From positions 24,614,001-24,678,000 of the forward strand of contig OZ024750.1 in the NCBI GenBank assembly GCA_964016885.1: a DNA stretch of 64,000 nt. Direction: 5' to 3'. A program made the translations under genes and the position numbers. The DNA is from Eledone cirrhosa. Its lineage: Eukaryota. The notes below the pieces were generated by a model. The model worked only from the letters and a program-made list of their open reading frames with translations, made no database searches and was not told where the DNA came from. Positions within the stretch are counted from its first letter, which is position 1, and every line of letters begins with the position of its first letter. Shown piece after piece: positions 55,874 through 64,000 of this stretch.

Positions 55874-56193
55874 TAGATTATAAAAACAATGAGTCGGTCA
55901 TTACATACCTTCAAAAAATAATTACTAACTTTACCAGCTACTCTTAGGTATATAACCAGAAACCCGTCTTCCCGATTCTCGTCATCCTAAATCAGTCATA
56001 CCCACCATATTCTTTACTTCGCTGATTAGGGTTGCAGCCTCTGGGATTCTCTCCCCATCTACGTTTTTTTTTTGTTTTTTTTTTTTCTCCCACAGGCGTC
56101 GATGTTCAAACTAAGCAACCATAACATCGATTTCAGAGGCCATTCACTTCTACTTTCCTCCTTTGCAAAAGTCAACCCCCTTACCTATTTCTC

Positions 56194-56365
56194 TTGGATT
56201 GGCAGAATCGGTAGAGCCTCGGACAACATGCTTAGCGGCATAGAATTGTGGCCCTTTCCATTCTAAGTTGAAATCCCGCCGAGGTTAGATTTGCCTTTAA
56301 TCCTTACGGAATCAACAAAATAAAGCACCAGTAATGCACTGGAGTCGATCTAATCGACTTTCCCC
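56194..56365 (+). mobile_element. SINE family A, diverged
   Basis: TGGCAGAATCGG A box with a recognisable core. Confidence 0.7.
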
Positions 56366-56439
56366 TTTATAATAGACTTCCTTTTTCTTCTTTTTATATC
56401 AGTATTTGAAATAATCGAACATCTAAATTTACTACCTAC

Positions 56440-56875
56440 ATGTTTTGATCGAAGGAATACGATTAAGCTCAGCCATAGTCAGTAGCTGTGTCCCATACCG
56501 AACTGTGTTGGATTCACTTCTCTTCATAATTTCACACATGACAACACGGACGTCATTAAGCTCAGCCATAGTCAGTAGCTGTGTTCCACAAGGAACTGTG
56601 TTGGATCCACTTCTCTTCATTATTTTCATATACTAGCAGAAAAACTACCCCTCGGACGGTTTTCTGCTAGTATGTGTAGTGTGCATATTGATATTATACG
56701 CAAATATATATATGCATGTAGATATGATATGTAAAATAAAATCGTAATTGACAATATGCACTGAAATTGAAAAGAGACTGAGTTACACTCTCTTCTGTAA
56801 TTAGAAGCCACCAAGCACATGGAAATAAGAATTTTCATAGATGATTCCAAACTCCAGGTCATCAACAAAATCTGT
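56440..56875 (+). pseudogene. Degraded CR1/L2-like reverse transcriptase fragment, interrupted
   Basis: SSCVPQGTVLDPLLFIIFI (partly duplicated upstream). After an insertion beginning TACTAGCAGAAAA...TTTTCTGCTAGTA comes EIRIFIDDSKL (F/YxDD). Confidence 0.6.
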
Positions 56876-56909
56876 TATATATATATATATATATATGTGT
56901 GTATGTAAG

Positions 56910-56943
<34 letters not shown>

Positions 56944-57232
56944 GGTGTGTGTGTGTATGTATGTATGTATGTATGAATGTAATTCCATATTTCCATTGAG
57001 AAAAGTAGGGCACGCTTGTAATTCCCATGGTTCATTGACCGATATATTTATAACTGTTTCAAGCAGTGAATTTATCAAGAATAAACAAACTGCTATTATG
57101 TGAACATTCCTCCATTATGAAGGACTTACCCGAAAAATTTAAGGCATGGCTGTATGTTTAAAGTGGCCGCTTAGCAACCACGTGGACAAATGTATTTTAC
57201 TGTAGACTCGGGCTGACCCATACTTGTATATA

Positions 57233-57875
57233 CGAAGTGGCTTCAAAAAGTTCGTGAAAAAAGAACAGTTTAAGTTATGACGTTTATCTTTCAACATATT
57301 CTCCATCTAGGTCAATAAACTTCTGCAAGCGTTGAATACCAGCCTTTAAGTCCGTCTGTGTAAAACTGAGGGCCGTGCGATTTAGACCATGTTAAAGCAG
57401 CTTTTTTTTTTTACATCTTCAGCTCCATCTAAGTCAATACACTTCTGCAAGCGTTGATACCAGCCTTTAACTCGACTTGTGTAAAACTGAGGGCCATGCG
57501 ATTTAAACCGTGTCAAAGCAGCTTTTGTTTTTACATCTTCATCTGGGGATCTCTTCAACCTCATCTCTTCCACTTCTAAAACGACTTATCCATTTTTAGG
57601 TTGTTGATTTCTTTGGGGGCAGTGTCCCCCATAAACTTGCTCCAGAGCATCAATAATTTGGCTGCTTTTCCACACTAGCTTCATCATGAATTTGATGTTT
57701 TGATGGAGGCCATGTTGCTTGAGAGGCTACTGACTTCTGACTGGAGGCATCGCGGTTCATGTTAGAATAGGCTATGACTCGTTAGTACGAGGACGTACAG
57801 GTGCATTGAGATCAAAATCCCTGCATATGATTTTTAGCTTTGTACTTTTTCCACGGACCTTTTGAAGTCCCATCG
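57233..57875 (-). mobile_element. Internally deleted mariner element
   Basis: TA-flanked ~28-bp imperfect TIRs (CGAAGTGGCTTCAAAAAGTTCGTG / CACGGACCTTTTGAAGTCCCATCG). The minus strand encodes the transposase C-terminus QRLQKFIDLDGEYVER*, internally duplicated. Confidence 0.8.
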
Positions 57876-57883
57876 TATAGGTA

Positions 57884-58070
57884 TAATTGTTTCTACTTTT
57901 TGGCACAAAACCAGCAATTATCCAGTGTATTACTGGTACTTTATTTTATCGACCCCGTAAGGATGAAAGGCAAAGTCAACCTCGGCGGGATTTGAACTCA
58001 GATCGTAAAGGGACGTAACTATGCTGGAAAGCATGGCGTCCGACCCTCTACCGATACTGCCAATCCACCG
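57884..58070 (-). mobile_element. SINE family A, full length, with 14-bp TSD
   Basis: CGTATAGGTATAAT at 57874-57887 and 58069-58082. Confidence 0.9.
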
Positions 58071-58235
58071 TATAGGTATAATGTCATTGGTTGAGACAAC
58101 CAAGACCAATATTCAACTTGTTACTCTATACTTACGAACAGTAGAGTGTAAATATTATAAGGATTTTCTGTCCTACAGTTAGGCTTTTACTGGAAGACAT
58201 TTTGCCTTACACACATTTCAACCCTATTACAATTG

Positions 58236-58280
<45 letters not shown>

Positions 58281-58368
58281 TGCACACACACACGCACACA
58301 CACACACACACACACACACTGTATACACACACATATATATATATATATACATTTATATATATATATAT

Positions 58369-59024
58369 AGTTATTTCGTCATCTCGTTTTCTCTCTAATT
58401 TTCTCCCGTCGTCTGTTTTAGAGAGAATATTTGCGGTGTTATGCAATAACTCTCACTCTTAACATCAACTGATGCACCAAGTCCGTTCAATAACTTACGT
58501 GCATGCAAATGTATATGCAGAAACATGCACATGCATATATACATTTGAACCTCACACACACACGCACACACACATACACACACACATATATTATACATAT
58601 AAATTATATATATTAAAAAGTAAACAACACAATATAACTACTCCATTACCAAATGTTTCAGGACCTTAGACAACATTAACATACGTCTAGTTCACTCATC
58701 AGATGAGAACGAACTAGACGTATGTTGATATTGTCTAGGGCCCTGAAACATTTGATAATGGAGTAGTTATATTGTGTTGTTTACTTTTTAATATATATAA
58801 TTTATATATATAATATATGTGTGTGTGTATGTGTGTGTGTGTGTGAGGTTCAAATCTATATATGCATGTGCATGTTTCTGCATATACATTTGCATGCACG
58901 TAAGTTATTGAACGGACTTGGTGCATCAGTTGATGTTAAGAGTGAGAGTTATTGCATAACACCGCAAATATTCTCTCTAAAACAGACGACGGGAGAAAAT
59001 TAGAGAGAAAACGAGATGACGGAA

Positions 59025-59029
<5 letters not shown>
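58369..59029. mobile_element. ~660-bp fold-back palindrome with a hammerhead at its apex (58647-58702, - strand)
   Basis: Arms are ~330 bp, centred on CTCATCAGATGAG. Minus strand: cau-CUGAUGA-gugaacuagac...gucuaagguccu-GAAA-cauuug-GUA-aug. TA tracts lie on both sides. Confidence 0.8.
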
Positions 59030-59060
<31 letters not shown>

Positions 59061-59063
59061 TAA

Positions 59064-59347
<284 letters not shown>

Positions 59348-59443
59348 TTCAAGGATAGTTCAATGATATATATGATGTTTACACTCTGCTAATGTATTGA
59401 GTACCTTACTTACTGTGGTTTCCTCTGATTGAACCCGGGACTC

Positions 59444-59507
<64 letters not shown>

Positions 59508-59900
59508 GTAGAGGGAGACAGTATAAGATAGCGTGGAAGTATGATTGAAACACCGTAAGGATTCTTGAATAGCAGACGACAGGAAAAAAGTGGGGATAGA
59601 TAGATAGATAGATAGATAGATATATGACGGGAGGAGGGGATTGCATAGATCCGTACTGCGCTAATCAGTATCACTAAGGATTCACTAGAAGATGATAGAA
59701 ATATGGAGAAATATAGGTGGGTGGGGAGGGAGGTTAGCGGTAGAGTAAGGATTCACTAATAGCAGACGATAGAATGGTAGAAAGACAAAAACAGAAAGAT
59801 AGTGGAGAAAGAAGAAAAAAATCGGAGAAATATCAGAGAGAAGGAAGAGAAAAGGAATGGAAGAAGGAAAGAAAACAGAAGATAGAAGAAACGAGGAGTG

Positions 59901-59972
<72 letters not shown>

Positions 59973-60115
59973 ATATATATAAAAGTGAAGAGCCAAACAG
60001 AAAGAGAGAACAGAGAGAGAGAGAGAGAGAAAGAAAGGGGGTAAAGATATATAGATAGAGATATATAGAGAGAGATATATAGTTAGAAAGATAGATAGAT
60101 AGATATAGATAGATT

Positions 60116-60199
<84 letters not shown>

Positions 60200-60727
60200 T
60201 TTAGAGATATATAGATAGAGAGATAAATAGATAGATAGATAGATAGATAGATAGATTTCTTTATTTACCATAAAGGTATAAAAAGAAGGGACAAATACAA
60301 AGGGGGAGTTTACATAAAACCGAGTAAAAAGAGTATAAAATGAAAATAATCAATAGATAGATAGATAGAGAGGGTGATAGAAGAGTCAGGTTGAGAGAAA
60401 ATGCAGAAGTTATCACAATATTTGTTTTTACTATCACAACTGCATCACCGAAGACTGTGTTTTTGGGATTCGTTTGATTCACATTGCTGACAATAGGTAA
60501 CCTCGTTTAATCTGTATAGAGGGTTTCCTTCCATTAAAGAGGCTCGTATGTGTGAAACTTCATGATTTACCAGGAGACTAATAAATATTCATTACGGAAA
60601 GGAAAATATAATGTAGTAGATGGAGAGAGGGATGAGAGGGATGTGTGAGAGAGAGAGAGAGAGAGTGAGAGAGGAGGGGTGAGATGGAGAGAGAGGGAGC
60701 GAGAGATGTAGAGGGAGAGAGAGCGAT

Positions 60728-60801
<74 letters not shown>

Positions 60802-61142
60802 AGAGAGAGAGAGATGGAGAGAAGGAGTGGTAGAGAGGGGAAGTGATATATATATATATAGAGAGAGAGAAGGAGCGAGAGTGGGTGATAGAGAGCTAGG
60901 GAGATAGAGAGAGTGATAGATAAATAGAGAGGTACAGAGATAGAGAGATGGGGAGATGGTTAGAGAGAGAAAGAGAGATGGAGATGGAGAGAGAGAGAGT
61001 GAGAGAGAGATGGAGAGAGGTAGGGAGATGGGGAGATTGATTTATATATATATATATATATATATTAATTCAAAATATTAACAAAATAGATATTCTTGTG
61101 ATCAATTATATTTTATTATACATATTTCAGAGGTACTGAGTT

Positions 61143-61257
<115 letters not shown>

Positions 61258-62059
61258 CAATATATCGTTAAAGGTAATCCGATAAGAGGTTGTGAAAACT
61301 ACTTATCATGGATAGTTTAAGCGTACGGCGTTTTGTAACTCAACAAGAGGTTTACGTGGATGGCGAGTTAATGACTTCACTTGTATTCCCATGTAAGTAT
61401 ATCTTGGAGTGATAAAATTGAAAAAGTGAAGAATAACATAGTCAACAGTACAAACAAGGAAATTTATTTACAGTCTAACAATTGTTTCCATGATAGAGGT
61501 GTCTAGAAATTGCTAAACACTGAAGGCAGTGGCACTCGATTTAAAATACATGCAACATCTATCATTTCGTCAGAGACTAATAGAAAATACAAAAAGATAT
61601 GCGTAACGGTAAATTTATAAATTCAAATTACCAAATCAATATTAATAATAAAGATATAGAGAGAAATAAAGGAAGGGGGACAGACGGAATGGAGGGGGGG
61701 GGGGGCGAAATTATTTCTCTCTATATCTTTATTATTATTATTATTGATGGTGGTGGTGGTGGTGGTGGTGGTAGGGTGGTGGTGGTGTGAGGTGGTGGTA
61801 GGGTGGTGGTGGTGTGAGGTGGTGGTAGGGTGGTGGTGGTGGTGGTGGTTGTGGTGAAAGGTGGTGAGTTGGTGAGGTGGTGGTAATGGTGGTGGTGGTG
61901 GTGAGGTGAGGTGGTGGTGATGATGATGGTGGTGGTGGTGGTGGTGGTGGGGTTGCAAATGATCCTGGATAAGAGAGAGATAATTAAAGAGACGGCTGGG
62001 GAGTTTCTATGTAGCTGGATTAGAAGAAAAAGAACATTTAAGAAAGAAAGAAAGAAACA

Positions 62060-62090
<31 letters not shown>

Positions 62091-62211
62091 GAAGAAAGTT
62101 AGGAAGAAACAAAGAAAAAAATGAATGAAAAATATCGTAATTTGGAAAACAGTTATACGAAAGTATAAAAATCGTTCAGAATGAATGAGAAAAGATAAAT
62201 AAACAAATGAT

Positions 62212-62404
62212 TTTCGTCAAATCGGACCCAGGAAACAATGTTTCCAATTGCTAATACTATCTATCGGTCGCAACTCCAGGTAGAAGGAGCAACGTGAAAT
62301 AAAATGTCTTGCTCGAGGACATAACGCATCGCCCGGTCCAGGAATTGAACTCACAACCTCGCGATTACGAATCCTATTCTCTAACCTCTCAGCCACGCGC
62401 CTTC
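62212..62404 (-). mobile_element. SINE family B
   Basis: Reverse copy homologous to 47480-47696. Confidence 0.8.
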
Positions 62405-62420
62405 TGTATATTGCCAGAAA

Positions 62421-62606
62421 TAATAATTGTTTCTACTTTTTGGCACAAGGCCAGCAATTATCACAGTGTATTACTGGTACTTTATTTTATCAACCCCGTA
62501 AGGATGAAAGGCAAAGTTAACCTCGGCCGGGATTTGAACTCAGTCCGTAAAGGGACGTAACTGTGCTGCAAAGCATGGCGTCCGACCCTCTACCGATACT
62601 GCCAAT
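62421..62606 (-). mobile_element. SINE family A
   Basis: Full-length reverse copy. Confidence 0.85.
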
Positions 62607-62773
62607 AATAATAAAACACGTTCACTGTTTGGTTTGGATTGGTTTTTCGCTTCTGTATCTTTTATATCTCTATAGCTAATCTAATTTACCTGGTAATCAA
62701 TGTTTCTCATTGATTGACCAGCGGTTTAAAATACAGATATAAATAAAAATATAAATATATATCTATATATATA

Positions 62774-63779
<1,006 letters not shown>

Positions 63780-64000
63780 TATCAAAGTTCTTTTATCACA
63801 CACCTGAGACATCATCAGTAATACTATTATGTTTCATCCCGTTGTATTGTAATGACTACGCTATATATTCCGAAGGAATACAAATCGTTGAGTGCTTTAC
63901 ATCTGTTTGCGAAAAAGATCTAGATTATTTGATCAGCCAACTTCCATCAACTGAATAATAAATATATATATATAACTTCCGGTTATGTCAATCAACCGAA

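Noticed and set aside
60440-60525. Possible host exon on the minus strand (CTCTATACAG acceptor, LNEVTYCQQCESNESQKHSLR*)
   Set aside because: Short, with no recognisable homology or partner exons. It cannot be supported without RNA-seq.

Overview
This is an AT-rich, microsatellite-saturated eukaryotic intergenic or intronic window; the SINE and LINE repertoire suggests an octopod cephalopod (inference). I can support no intact host protein-coding gene, rRNA, tRNA or CRISPR array, and almost all long ORFs are simple-repeat artefacts. The window is a mosaic of mobile DNA: (1) more than 15 copies of two tRNA-derived SINE families; (2) 5'-truncated LINEs of the R4/Dong, RTE, CR1/L2-like and Penelope types; (3) bipartite RTE-derived non-autonomous elements; (4) piggyBac-, pogo-, mariner- and Chapaev-like non-autonomous DNA elements and two Helitrons; (5) several minisatellites. 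The main signal the ORF track misses is about 13 intact or decayed type I hammerhead-ribozyme motifs (CUGAnGA...GAAA-palindrome-UH, often followed by AAUAAA). Most lie in long fold-back palindromes or short elements beside (TA)n tracts, consistent with Penelope-like pLTR remnants and a possible retrozyme-like family. All calls are by eye, boundaries are approximate (about 5-20 bp), and family names come from remembered motifs, not database searches.
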